From: Lentisphaerales bacterium
Lineage (GTDB): Bacteria > Verrucomicrobiota > Kiritimatiellia > SPBP01
DNA: 64,000 nucleotides
Reading direction: 5' to 3'
NCBI GenBank assembly: GCA_032123355.1
Contig: JAQBFM010000215.1
Coordinates: 9,325 to 73,324, forward strand
Under the pieces are notes generated by a model that was given only the letters and a program-made list of their open reading frames with translations, was not told where the DNA came from and searched no databases. The translations under genes were made by a program, and so were the position numbers. Shown in pieces: positions 48,169-57,884 of this stretch (positions are counted from its first letter, which is position 1; each line of letters starts with the position of its first letter).

Positions 48169-51111
48169 CTATTCAACAAGTATCCTGTAGAATCTCTGCG
48201 TTGATCCGCCGGCCGGGGGAACCGGGCCGACATCCTCGTCGGTCCAGGTGTTCAGCCCCATCCGTCCTTCAAGATTCGTGACGTTCTGCCATGCCTGCGT
48301 GCCGCCAAGCGCGCCGACATATTGAATGCGGTATGTATACGACGCATCGCCATCCCATGCGAACGAAATCCCGCTCGTGCTCCAGCTGAAATTCGCTATT
48401 GTTGAAGGCGCTTCAAAGATGTCCAGTGCCAGGTAGTAGTCGGGACACGCAGAATTCGTTGCGAACCCGACCACTTTGACGTAGTACCTGCCGGGATCAA
48501 GGTCGGCCTGATAGAACGCAGAGAAATAGTCGTTGTTGTCGTCGTCGCTGTACGCGATTGGCGGCTGCGTGACGTCGTCACCGAAAAGCTCAAGTACTGT
48601 ATCGCCGTCCGTCTCCGGGTCGAGCAATGGGTTGATCGTGTCGGTCATGATCAGCACATTTGCCCTGTTCGAAAGGATGAAGGTGTGCCAGTCGATATCG
48701 GAGGCCGGAAAGATGGACCGGTCCAGCCGAACACCGTGCGATATCACAACGGCGTTGTTTGTATCGTTGTCCGGCTCATACTCATCTGCGGTCCACGGTT
48801 CCAGGACAAGCTGGTATGCCGTCAGGTCAAGGCCTTCGCGATCCCTGACTCGGACGTAATAGACACCTGCATTCAGGGATGTGTAGATGTTTGCCACCAC
48901 GGCTGTGTTGGGATCCCAGTATTCAGCGAGCAGGTTCGTGTTGGAATCCCACAGCGACAACTCGAGCCAGCCGTCCCATTCGCCCATGGTCGTTATGCTG
49001 AGGTCCGCGGTCACCGTCAGCTCGAACGTGGCCCAATCCTCATCACCGGCCGGATACAGAGTTCTGTACTGCATGCTGCGGGGAAAGAGCGTCTTGGCCG
49101 AGTTGGTGGCGTCGTCCGGCTCGAAGGAATCCACCTGCTGCAGAACGGCCAGGTGTAGTCCGTACTGTGGAACAATCGTGCAGGTCGCGCTTTCGACGCT
49201 TACGTAATATGTGCCCGGATTAACGTTCGTTGACAGTCTTGAATACGAAGGATATCCCTGGTCCTGGGCCACTTCGTTGGTCGCAGCATCGTAGAGACGC
49301 AGAAACGTATTCGTAGCACCTACAATCTTCAGTTCAATGACTGATCCCGCAGCCATCGTGAAAGAGGCCCAGTCAACGTCGGAGGTGGAAGCAAGCGAAC
49401 GATACTGCAGTTCACCATCGGCTATCGGCCCGGCAAGCGTGGCATCATTGTCAGGCTCGTACGGATCCCACGGTTGTTGCGGCTCGGAAAGGGCCGCCCA
49501 GGCATTCATCCGGCCAAACCCGTACGTATTATTCCACCCGCGTTCGTTGTATGGAAATGCTGCCGAATCGATCCGGTCACACGTGTCTTCCAGTTGCCTG
49601 CGTACTTCCAGTCCGGTCCAAGCCGGATTCTGTGAGACGAGCAGTGCGGCGCCCGCGGCAGCGAGCGGGCAAGATGCCGAGGTGCCGTAAACGCTGAAAT
49701 AATCGCTGTTGGTCGCATAGCCAAGTCCCGCCCCGCTACGGTCCGTCGAAATGAGGTCCACGCTCCCTCCGCCGCCCGGACACACGAAACTGAGTGGCGG
49801 GCCGTAATCGCTGAACCAGGGACGGCGTTCAAAGTTCGATGTGCCTGATATCGTCAGGACCTCGGCCGCCGCTGCCGCATCGGTCGAATAACTGCGCAGG
49901 ACCCCATCGTTTCCCAGCGCGCAACAGACAATGCATCCGAGTCCGTTACGGCCCTGCACCAGTGCCTCGTTGATCGAATCGAGTACCGCCCGGGTCGGTT
50001 CGATGTAGTAACTGATCGACAGTACGTCCGCGGTGGCTGAGGCATAGGCGATTGCCGAAACCCAGTCGGAATCCCACGAGATTTCGCCTGCCGCGCGAAT
50101 GGGCAGGATTGTGCACCGGCCGGCCAGACCGGCTACGCCCAGGCCGTTGTCGAAGACGCCTGCCGCAAGACCGGCCATCGCGGTGCCGTGATTGTCGTCA
50201 GGAAGGCTGGGCGACGGATCGTTGTCACCATCCACGAAATCCCAGCCGCGCCAGTCGTTGGTAAAACCGTTTCCATCACCATCAACATCGGGCAGCCCCT
50301 CGAGCCGGTTGCTGAAGATGTTTGCGGCAAGATCGGGATGATCGAGGTCGCAACCGTCGTCGAGCACGGCAATGATAACCGACGAAGTACCAGCCGTAAT
50401 GTTCCAGGCCCGTTCCGCGCCGAGGTCGCGGTTCTTCATGCCGCCGTCTTGCCCGGTGTTGTGAAGATACCACTGGTTGCCGAGCTCCGTGTCGTCAGGC
50501 AGAAACTTTTTTGCATTGCGCCGGAGAAGATCCTCGTGTGCCCAGAGTGTTTCCGGCAACGCAGCCAGGCGCGCAGCAAGTTCGCTCCCGGAATCGTCCG
50601 GGCTCGCGGGCACAACGACATACCGGTTGCCCACGCCTTGTAGCTGCTTGAGAATCACCGCATCTAAATCAGCTAACATCTCGCGTATGGAAGCATGCGA
50701 GATGTCATCGCGGAAGCGCACGATAACCCGGTCAGCTGAAACGGCCCAGCGACCTCCCTTCGATCGCTGGCGAGAAAGTTCCTGGAAATCGCGAGCGGGA
50801 AACAACGTACGGAGTAAGTCGACCGCAACATCGCGTTCTTCACCTTCGGGTAGACCGACAACCACAACGCCGGAGTCGCCGTAGTCGGCAACAAGCCTCA
50901 GTGGGGCAGGCACAGCCGGTGTCTCGAGTGCCGGCCGCTTCTTTCGAAACACCATGTAGGGGTCAGCAGCAGACCGCCTTCTGGCAATCCCGATCCCGCG
51001 GGCGACGTGATCCCGTCGGGGCCGGGCAGTGGCGTCTCCCGGGCAGAGCATGGCGCCGCACAGTAAGAGCCCGACTGTACTGTAGAGAATCATTCTGCCT
51101 GGCGCTCTCAA
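48169..51111 (-). CDS. Secreted S8 subtilase with four tandem PPC (pre-peptidase C-terminal) domains
   Basis: Catalytic blocks DDGCDLDHPD, HGTAMAG, GTSASCPLAAAGAALL. Four repeats of the form YEPDND...A..I...........DVDW..F follow. Confidence 0.85.
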   Translation of the reverse strand: MRAPGRMILYSTVGLLLCGAMLCPGDATARPRRDHVARGIGIARRRSAADPYMVFRKKRPALETPAVPAPLRLVADYGDSGVVVVGLPEGEERDVAVDLLRTLFPARDFQELSRQRSKGGRWAVSADRVIVRFRDDISHASIREMLADLDAVILKQLQGVGNRYVVVPASPDDSGSELAARLAALPETLWAHEDLLRRNAKKFLPDDTELGNQWYLHNTGQDGGMKNRDLGAERAWNITAGTSSVIIAVLDDGCDLDHPDLAANIFSNRLEGLPDVDGDGNGFTNDWRGWDFVDGDNDPSPSLPDDNHGTAMAGLAAGVFDNGLGVAGLAGRCTILPIRAAGEISWDSDWVSAIAYASATADVLSISYYIEPTRAVLDSINEALVQGRNGLGCIVCCALGNDGVLRSYSTDAAAAAEVLTISGTSNFERRPWFSDYGPPLSFVCPGGGGSVDLISTDRSGAGLGYATNSDYFSVYGTSASCPLAAAGAALLVSQNPAWTGLEVRRQLEDTCDRIDSAAFPYNERGWNNTYGFGRMNAWAALSEPQQPWDPYEPDNDATLAGPIADGELQYRSLASTSDVDWASFTMAAGSVIELKIVGATNTFLRLYDAATNEVAQDQGYPSYSRLSTNVNPGTYYVSVESATCTIVPQYGLHLAVLQQVDSFEPDDATNSAKTLFPRSMQYRTLYPAGDEDWATFELTVTADLSITTMGEWDGWLELSLWDSNTNLLAEYWDPNTAVVANIYTSLNAGVYYVRVRDREGLDLTAYQLVLEPWTADEYEPDNDTNNAVVISHGVRLDRSIFPASDIDWHTFILSNRANVLIMTDTINPLLDPETDGDTVLELFGDDVTQPPIAYSDDDNNDYFSAFYQADLDPGRYYVKVVGFATNSACPDYYLALDIFEAPSTIANFSWSTSGISFAWDGDASYTYRIQYVGALGGTQAWQNVTNLEGRMGLNTWTDEDVGPVPPAGGSTQRFYRILVE

Positions 51112-51371
51112 CGTACGGTTTCACTCCCCGTTCCGGGCCCGTTCCGGGCCGTGTGTTGCGACGGATTGAGTCTCAAATCCTTAAAGCGTGATCGGCGGCA
51201 AAGTGAGCCGATTCCGCCCATATTCCGGTCATTCTAGCACCCGTTTGCCGCAATGTCGTGTACAAAAGAAGGCTCCAGTATTGACTTCCAGATGACTCAT
51301 GTGTAACATGCATAGATTCGGAAAGATAAACTTGGTTCTGAAGCCTCTTTTTAGAAAACGGGAGAAACATC

Positions 51372-52373
51372 ATGAAGAATCACTTCTGCAGAGCGTCTGT
51401 GATGGCAGCTTTGCTGTTTGCGTTGGTAGCTTCTGCCTACGGCGGCGGCGCAGGACGGATAGTGCGGGAAAGAAAAGGTGGCGGACCTGACGAATCGCCA
51501 GGCGCAATTGAGCTGGCAATCGACGTCGCTTTCTCCAAGCAGGTCGGCGAAACGGTGACCGACCAGAATGGAACGTTCTACCATGTTTTCGGAATGGTCT
51601 TCTACGAGGACCTGGTCTATCCGCCCCAGTATTGGGGTGTGTTCCCGCTGTACTTCTTCGGTGAGGAAGTAGGCATCAACGTGAACGTTGCCAACCTGAG
51701 CGCGCAGAAGGCTGCATTCCTGCTTCGGTGCGCAGCCTATTGCCTGCGCACCGACGGCAGCAATGGCGCCCAGCTTCTTGCGCCGACCGACAGGGTTGTC
51801 GCGATCGCCAAGAACGGCTCGGCGAATATTGATTCCTCGTTCGTCGCCGGTTATGTCGAGGGCGCGGAATCCGGACTCGACCGGTTCATCGTCAAGGCGC
51901 TCGATCAGAATGGATCGGAAAGCGACGGGCATGTTATTGGCGGAGAACTGCTTCTCAACCCTGCCAACAATTCCGACATGGAATTCACGCTGACTCTTCC
52001 GGACGACAGCACAATTACGCATGACGACTTGCAAGACGGTTATCCCGGTTATGCCGGCGCAGCAGTGGCCATCCATTTCAAGCCAAAGGGTAATGGGAAC
52101 CAGAACGCACTGATCGTCGACGGCCAGTCTTATCCCCTGTCGAACGCCGAGACGTACGACTTTCTTTCGGACTCCATGACAGTCAACCTCTACAATGCCG
52201 GCAACGGTAACACGATGGGCCAGTGGTGGATTGCAGTTGATGCCACTGATGCGACGATTATCTGTTCCGGTGAAGAGGCGCCCGGCCTGATAATGTCCAA
52301 GGAAGCCATCTTCTGTCCGCCGGAGTATAATGGCGAAGCCATGCAGGCTGTAGAGAACGTGCTCGCGCAGTAG
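51372..52373 (+). CDS. Secreted hypothetical protein
   Basis: Signal peptide MKNHFCRASVMAALLFALVASAYG. No recognisable domain. Good coding periodicity. Confidence 0.5.
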   Translation: MKNHFCRASVMAALLFALVASAYGGGAGRIVRERKGGGPDESPGAIELAIDVAFSKQVGETVTDQNGTFYHVFGMVFYEDLVYPPQYWGVFPLYFFGEEVGINVNVANLSAQKAAFLLRCAAYCLRTDGSNGAQLLAPTDRVVAIAKNGSANIDSSFVAGYVEGAESGLDRFIVKALDQNGSESDGHVIGGELLLNPANNSDMEFTLTLPDDSTITHDDLQDGYPGYAGAAVAIHFKPKGNGNQNALIVDGQSYPLSNAETYDFLSDSMTVNLYNAGNGNTMGQWWIAVDATDATIICSGEEAPGLIMSKEAIFCPPEYNGEAMQAVENVLAQ

Positions 52374-52782
52374 CAGCGCCTGCGGTTTAGGGGTGTCAAG
52401 CGTTCTCGGATCTTGCCCCCTTATCCTTGATTATCCGTCACTTTCCGGCTCTTCACGGAAGTGTGTAGTCAGGGAGTTCTATACGACTTGTACAACCATA
52501 CTCAGAACGGGGCAGACTCAGGATGGAAGTCGATCGATTAAGTGTATCCGAGTAAGTGACGCGTTTAAGGGTGCGACGAAGAGTGCGTTTTCCGCCGGAG
52601 GCTGCCTGCCCGCCTCTGGAGGGGATCCGCCTTTGGCGGAAAGCGTGAGCTTCGCACTTCTTACACTTTCTCGTTCACCCCGACATTCGTCGGGATGCAA
52701 GCGCTTAACCGTACTCTTAACCGCCACTTTTACTCGGTTACGCTTAGACGACCCTCTTGATCGATCCAATCTTTCATGCCAA

Positions 52783-52920
52783 CAAGGAATGTCCAGGTTT
52801 CAAGGTTAGTTCCCCGCCTGACAGCGCGGCCGGGAAGCAGAATGCAGTCTCCTTGGTCATTGGATTTGAGTGTTGGATATTGGATATTCGCTCTCATTCT
52901 TTCATAGAACTTTTGACACT
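52783..52920. repeat. MITE-like element Y (short copy)
   Basis: CAAGGAATGTCCAGGTTTCAAGGTTA ... CCTTGGTCATTGGATTTGAGTGTTGGATATTGGATATTCGCTCTCATTCTTTCATAGAACTTTTGACACT. Homologous to 39983-40204. Confidence 0.7.
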
Positions 52921-52982
52921 GCCGACAAGAGTGGGCTGAAGGACGGAAGGAGGTTTGGGGCCGGTTTCCCCATCGATCATGC

Positions 52983-53300
52983 TCAGCAGAATGTTCCTTC
53001 CTGCAAGCCATCGGCTATTTCTTCGAGTATCTCGTCCCAGGCCCCGCTCTGTTCAGCCGTTCTTACGAGTTCCCTGATCGAAGGAGAGAACTCTGCCTGG
53101 TGGTCCTGCAGCGCCTCACTGAGCGTCTTGCCTTTGTCGATCGATTTCCGAATGGAATCCACGACCTTCTTGAACTCGGGATCGGTTTCTTCTTCACTGA
53201 TAACCCGTAACGCCCGCAGGACCGGAACACGGCCGCGTGTCAGCCTCAGAAACTTCTTCCAGAACCTGGCCAGCTGAGTATGTTTTTCCGTGATTCCCAT
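52983..53300 (-). CDS. Stand-alone GspF/PilC (T2SS-F) cytoplasmic-domain protein or gene fragment (105 aa)
   Basis: VLRALRVISEEE...GKTLSEALQDHQAEFSPSIRELVRTAEQSGAWDEILEEIADGL matches the T2SSF domain consensus. It has no TM helices, and PilC/GspF normally has two such domains plus three TM segments. Confidence 0.5.
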   Translation of the reverse strand: MGITEKHTQLARFWKKFLRLTRGRVPVLRALRVISEEETDPEFKKVVDSIRKSIDKGKTLSEALQDHQAEFSPSIRELVRTAEQSGAWDEILEEIADGLQEGTFC

Positions 53301-53301
53301 G

Positions 53302-53871
53302 TCATTCCACGAATCGCTCGGGCGTAACAGGCGGAGGATTGGTCTGCAGAATCTGCCATGGGATCTTGCGATCCACTGAATTCATGTCCATCGTCACGTT
53401 CTCTCCGGACGAAGCACCCGAGTAGACTTCCACCAGCCACTGGAGTGAGAAGGGCTGATCAATCGATCGCACTATTCCGTGAAGCTCTTCCAGGTGCTTG
53501 TCGGAAGCGACCCGACCTGCAATGCCAAGAAAGATTCTGTCGCCGTATTCAGTGCACGAGGCCACCGCAATGTTCGTATACCTTGCGTCGCCGACAAGCG
53601 CGTCGGCGACCATGTTCATGCACTTGTCCGCTTCTTTCAGTTCCCTCCTGTATCTGCCCGCGGGACTGAACGGGTAGAATGCAACCAGGCAAACCACCGC
53701 CACGACGACGATGATGCCAATCCGCCTTACTCCGTCCCTGGTAATGATCTCCTGCATCGTGTTTGAGCTTACAGGAGTTTCGGATTCGCTGCCAACTCCA
53801 TTCTTATTCGCGTGGATTCGTGAGGATTCGTGGACAAGCAGTCTCTTCTTTGCGTTGTTCTCCGCTTTCAC
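53302..53871 (-). CDS. Hypothetical single-pass membrane protein
   Basis: TM helix IGIIVVVAVVCLVAFYPF. The probable real start is MQEIIT at ~53757. The stop is 1 nt from the downstream GspF-domain ORF start. Confidence 0.4.
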   Translation of the reverse strand: MKAENNAKKRLLVHESSRIHANKNGVGSESETPVSSNTMQEIITRDGVRRIGIIVVVAVVCLVAFYPFSPAGRYRRELKEADKCMNMVADALVGDARYTNIAVASCTEYGDRIFLGIAGRVASDKHLEELHGIVRSIDQPFSLQWLVEVYSGASSGENVTMDMNSVDRKIPWQILQTNPPPVTPERFVE

Positions 53872-53913
53872 TGTTGCCTCGCGAAGGAACCGGCCGTAGA
53901 CTACACGCAGCCA

Positions 53914-55185
53914 ATGAATTCCGCTTCCCTTATCACAACACTCGGAGAATGCCGGTTCGATTCCCCGGTAGAATCGGCCGTGTTCATCGACGATGACCGG
54001 GTGTTGATCGACGTCAGCCTGTCCGCGTGCCGGGACTGCAAGGGCGATCCACCTTCATTCGAAGCAGCCGGGCCGCGAAAGCGTATCTTCTTCGAACCGG
54101 CCCGCACGAGCGTGGCAATTGTTACCTGCGGTGGATTATGCCCGGGCCTGAATGACGTAATCCGCGCACTCGTAATGGTGTCATGGTACCGCTACGGTAT
54201 CAGGAACATCCGCGGGCTTCGGTACGGTTACGAGGGACTCGTGAAGTCCATCGGCCACAAACCCATAACGCTCGATCCCGACACCGTCGAGGACATTCAC
54301 CAGCACGGCGGCACGATACTCGGCTCGTCGCGCGGCCCACAGGATCCCGCCGTTATGACGGACTACCTCGTGGAGAATGGCATCGATATCCTGTTCGCAA
54401 TAGGCGGCGACGGCACACAGCGCGGCGCACTGAAAATCGCCCGTGAAATTGAAAGACGCTCGTTGTCTATCTCAGTGGTCGGCATTCCGAAGACTATCGA
54501 CAACGACATAGCGTTTACCGAGCGGACATTCGGCTTCGAAACCGCCGTCGCCGCCAGCCAGCCGGCCATTACCTGCGCCCACATGGAAGCCAAGGGTGTG
54601 CGAAACGGCATAGGCCTCGTCAAGCTCATGGGGCGCGAGTCCGGATTCGTCGCGGTCCATGCATCACTTGCCTCAAGCGATGTGAACCTGCTCCTCATTC
54701 CCGAACTTCCTTTCGCGATGGAGAACATCTTTGCCTACCTCGAAGAGCGGCTTGCCCGGAAGGCACATGCTGTCATCGTTGCCGCCGAAGGAGCGGGCCA
54801 GAACCTGGTCAGCAGCACCGGCACAGACAAGTCAGGGAACCGAAAACTGGGCGACATAGGGCCTTTCTTGAAATCCGCATTGACCGACCATTTCGCGCAC
54901 GCGGGTATGCCAACCTCAGTGAAATACATCGACCCGTCATATACAATCAGGAGCATCCCGGCGAATGCTGACGACTCGGTCTTCTGCTTCCAGCTTGCAG
55001 AAAACGCAGTGCATGCCGCCATATCGGGCCGGACCTCAATGGTGGTCAGCCTGTGGAACGGGCACTTTATCCACGTGCCGATCGAGCGCGCGGTCGGAAG
55101 CCGGAAGACCGTCGACACGTCCAGCCTGCTCTGGCAAAGCGTTCTCGACAATACCGGCCAACCTGCGAGACTTACGCCCCTATGA
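53914..55185 (+). CDS. 6-phosphofructokinase (ATP- or PPi-dependent, PFK family)
   Basis: Motifs CGGLCPGLNDVIRA, GYEGL, GGDGTQRGA, MGRESGF. Start chosen at MNSASL; the ORF extends to 53830. Confidence 0.8.
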   Translation: MNSASLITTLGECRFDSPVESAVFIDDDRVLIDVSLSACRDCKGDPPSFEAAGPRKRIFFEPARTSVAIVTCGGLCPGLNDVIRALVMVSWYRYGIRNIRGLRYGYEGLVKSIGHKPITLDPDTVEDIHQHGGTILGSSRGPQDPAVMTDYLVENGIDILFAIGGDGTQRGALKIAREIERRSLSISVVGIPKTIDNDIAFTERTFGFETAVAASQPAITCAHMEAKGVRNGIGLVKLMGRESGFVAVHASLASSDVNLLLIPELPFAMENIFAYLEERLARKAHAVIVAAEGAGQNLVSSTGTDKSGNRKLGDIGPFLKSALTDHFAHAGMPTSVKYIDPSYTIRSIPANADDSVFCFQLAENAVHAAISGRTSMVVSLWNGHFIHVPIERAVGSRKTVDTSSLLWQSVLDNTGQPARLTPL

Positions 55186-56453
55186 ATTCAACCACCCAAC
55201 TGATTGTTGCAGGTCTGGCATTGTCGGCCGGCGTGGTTATCGGCTACCTGGCAGCGCTCGCGCGACGGGCCGCGGCGCTTCAGAAGCTGGGTGAGGACCG
55301 CGCCCGGGCCATGCAGGAAGCGGAACGAGTGCCGTCGCTTGAAGAAAGACTTCATGAGTTGTCCCGGGAGAATACCACGCTGTGCGCCAGGATCGCGGAA
55401 CTTGATCAGCTCCAGGAATCCGAAAAGGAAAAGACCGGCTGGCTCAAAAGCGCCGAAGAACATCTAAGGGAGGCATTCGAAGCGCTTGCCTCCAAGGCGC
55501 TGCATACTAACTCCGAAGAGTTTGCCAGTCGCACAAAAGAACAGTTCGTTGTTCCACTCGAAAAGAGCCTGAAGGATCTTGACGGTCATGTCCGGGAACT
55601 TGAACGCAAACGCGAGGGCGCATATCGCGCACTCGACGAACATGTTCTCAGCTTGAAAGGGGCATACGAACAGCTCAGAAACACCACCTCGAACCTCGCC
55701 ACCGCACTCACTACCAGTTCCGGCACACGCGGCCAATGGGGCGAGGTCCAGCTTCGCCGCATAGTCGAATTGGCCGGCATGGTTCCGCACGTCGATTTCG
55801 AGGAACAGGAACGTGCCGATTCCGGACAGCCGGACATGCTCGTGCATTTGCCGAACGACGTAATTCTCCCTGTTGACGCCAAGACAACGCTGAAGACATA
55901 CCTTGCCGTGATGGATGCGGAAGATGACAGTACCAGGAAGGCGAAACTCGTGGCACACGCGAATGCGGTCAAGCTCAGGGTGCGCGAGCTGTCGAGCCGT
56001 GAATACTGGAAGACTTTCGAGCATGCCCCGGATTTTGTCGTGATGTTCGTGCCGAACGACGCATTCCTGAGTGCGGCTTTCGAGGGAGAGCGGGACCTTT
56101 TCGAGTATTCGTTCAACCTGCGCGTGTTGATAACAACCCCCGTTACGCTCCTCGCCCTGCTTCGCACCGTTGCCTACGCGTGGCAACAGCAGCGAATGTC
56201 GGACAGCGCAAGGGAAATAGCCGAGCAGGCACGTGAGCTGTCCTCGCGAATCGGCACATTCATCGAACACATGAGAAAAACAGGTAAGGGTCTTGATACT
56301 GCGGTGAGATCATACAATGATGCAGTCGGTTCACTTGAATCAAGGGTGCTGCCTTCGGTAAGGCGGTTCAAGGAACTCGGCGTGACCGTCGAGGACCCGC
56401 AAACTGTTGAACCGGTCGACCTTCAGGCCAGGTTGCCGGTCGGAAACGAATAA
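55182..56453 (+). CDS. rmuC: DNA recombination protein RmuC
   Basis: An N-terminal TM anchor and a long coiled coil are followed by the RmuC C-terminal nuclease-like domain. The ATGA overlap with pfk implies coupling. Confidence 0.8.
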   Translation: MNSTTQLIVAGLALSAGVVIGYLAALARRAAALQKLGEDRARAMQEAERVPSLEERLHELSRENTTLCARIAELDQLQESEKEKTGWLKSAEEHLREAFEALASKALHTNSEEFASRTKEQFVVPLEKSLKDLDGHVRELERKREGAYRALDEHVLSLKGAYEQLRNTTSNLATALTTSSGTRGQWGEVQLRRIVELAGMVPHVDFEEQERADSGQPDMLVHLPNDVILPVDAKTTLKTYLAVMDAEDDSTRKAKLVAHANAVKLRVRELSSREYWKTFEHAPDFVVMFVPNDAFLSAAFEGERDLFEYSFNLRVLITTPVTLLALLRTVAYAWQQQRMSDSAREIAEQARELSSRIGTFIEHMRKTGKGLDTAVRSYNDAVGSLESRVLPSVRRFKELGVTVEDPQTVEPVDLQARLPVGNE

Positions 56454-56458
56454 CTGAT

Positions 56459-57832
56459 ATGGTCGTAAGACGATTTCTGCAGAGACTCAAAGGTGGTGCA
56501 CGGTCAAAAGCCGATGCACCGATCCCGGATGCTGCACCGAACATTCCACCTGCTGCCGGGAAGAAACCGAACGTTACGCCTGCCGCGGAGAAGAAGCCGA
56601 AGAGAAGCCAGCCGACGGAGAATCGACAGCAGCGTGAGCCATGGACACGGGACCAGTTCCAGGTACCATCGGAAAAAGGAAAGACCCGTTTCGTTGATCT
56701 GGATATCCCGGACTCCATACTTCATGCCACTGCAGACCTGAACTTCCAGTACTGCACTCCTGTCCAGGCGCACACGCTGCCCGTTGCGCTCCTCGGGAAA
56801 GACATCGCCGGCCAGGCCCAGACCGGCACCGGCAAGACGGCCGCGTTTCTCATCACGGCTTTTGCCAGGTTCCTGAAGGACGAGCCCGCCGGAGACAGGA
56901 AGCCCGGCACACCGCGTGCACTGGTGCTCGCGCCCACCCGGGAACTCGTGGCGCAGATACTGAAAGACGGTAACGCGCTCACCAGACATTGCGGATTGCA
57001 CTGCGAGGCGGTATTCGGCGGAATGGATTTCGAGAAACAGCTTCGAGCTCTTCAGGCGAAACCCGTCGACCTGCTGGTCGCCACGCCCGGCCGCCTGCTT
57101 GACTTCCAGAGGCGTGGCCGCCTCAATCTGCGGCACGCCGAGATACTAGTGCTGGACGAGGCAGATCGCATGCTCGACATGGGCTTCATCCCCGACGTCC
57201 GTAGCATCATACGCTCATTGCCTCCCAGAGAAAAGCGGCAGACGATGCTGTTCAGCGCCACGTTGTCATCCGACGTAATGAGACTCGCTGCACAGTGGAT
57301 GGTCGATCCGGTCCGAATCGACATCGAACCGGACAATGTCACGGTCAGCACCGTTGACCAGATTGCTGTTGCCGTGACATCCCGCGATCGGGGATCGCTC
57401 CTGGTCAAGCTGCTCAGTCGGCCGGACGCCCAGCGCGTCCTGGTTTTTGTAAACCGCCGGGATATGGCCGATCGTGTCACAAAGAACCTGCAGCGCGCGC
57501 GGGTTCAGTGTGGCCTGATTTCAGGCGCCATGCCCCAGAACAGACGAATGAAGATGCTGGAAGATTTCCGCGCGAGCAGAATCAATGTCCTGATTGCCAC
57601 CGACGTCGCGGCTCGCGGAATTCACATCGATGATGTCAGTCACGTGGTCAATTATGACGTCCCCTACGAGCCGGAATCATACGTGCACAGGATCGGACGT
57701 ACCGCCAGGGTCGGGAAGACCGGGAAAGCCATAATGTTCGCGTGCGAACGGGAAGCATTCTCCATCCCGGCAATAGAAGAACTGACCGGCAAGCCGCTGC
57801 GATGGGTCACCCCTGAGGAACTTCTCGCCTAG
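56459..57832 (+). CDS. DEAD-box ATP-dependent RNA helicase
   Basis: Q motif, AQTGTGKT, DEAD (VLDEAD), SAT, HRIGRTAR. A basic N-terminal extension is present. Confidence 0.85.
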   Translation: MVVRRFLQRLKGGARSKADAPIPDAAPNIPPAAGKKPNVTPAAEKKPKRSQPTENRQQREPWTRDQFQVPSEKGKTRFVDLDIPDSILHATADLNFQYCTPVQAHTLPVALLGKDIAGQAQTGTGKTAAFLITAFARFLKDEPAGDRKPGTPRALVLAPTRELVAQILKDGNALTRHCGLHCEAVFGGMDFEKQLRALQAKPVDLLVATPGRLLDFQRRGRLNLRHAEILVLDEADRMLDMGFIPDVRSIIRSLPPREKRQTMLFSATLSSDVMRLAAQWMVDPVRIDIEPDNVTVSTVDQIAVAVTSRDRGSLLVKLLSRPDAQRVLVFVNRRDMADRVTKNLQRARVQCGLISGAMPQNRRMKMLEDFRASRINVLIATDVAARGIHIDDVSHVVNYDVPYEPESYVHRIGRTARVGKTGKAIMFACEREAFSIPAIEELTGKPLRWVTPEELLA

Positions 57833-57884
57833 GAGCGTGGAGGACTCAGCTCGCCCGACGGGGCGACCTGAGTCCTCCACGCTC

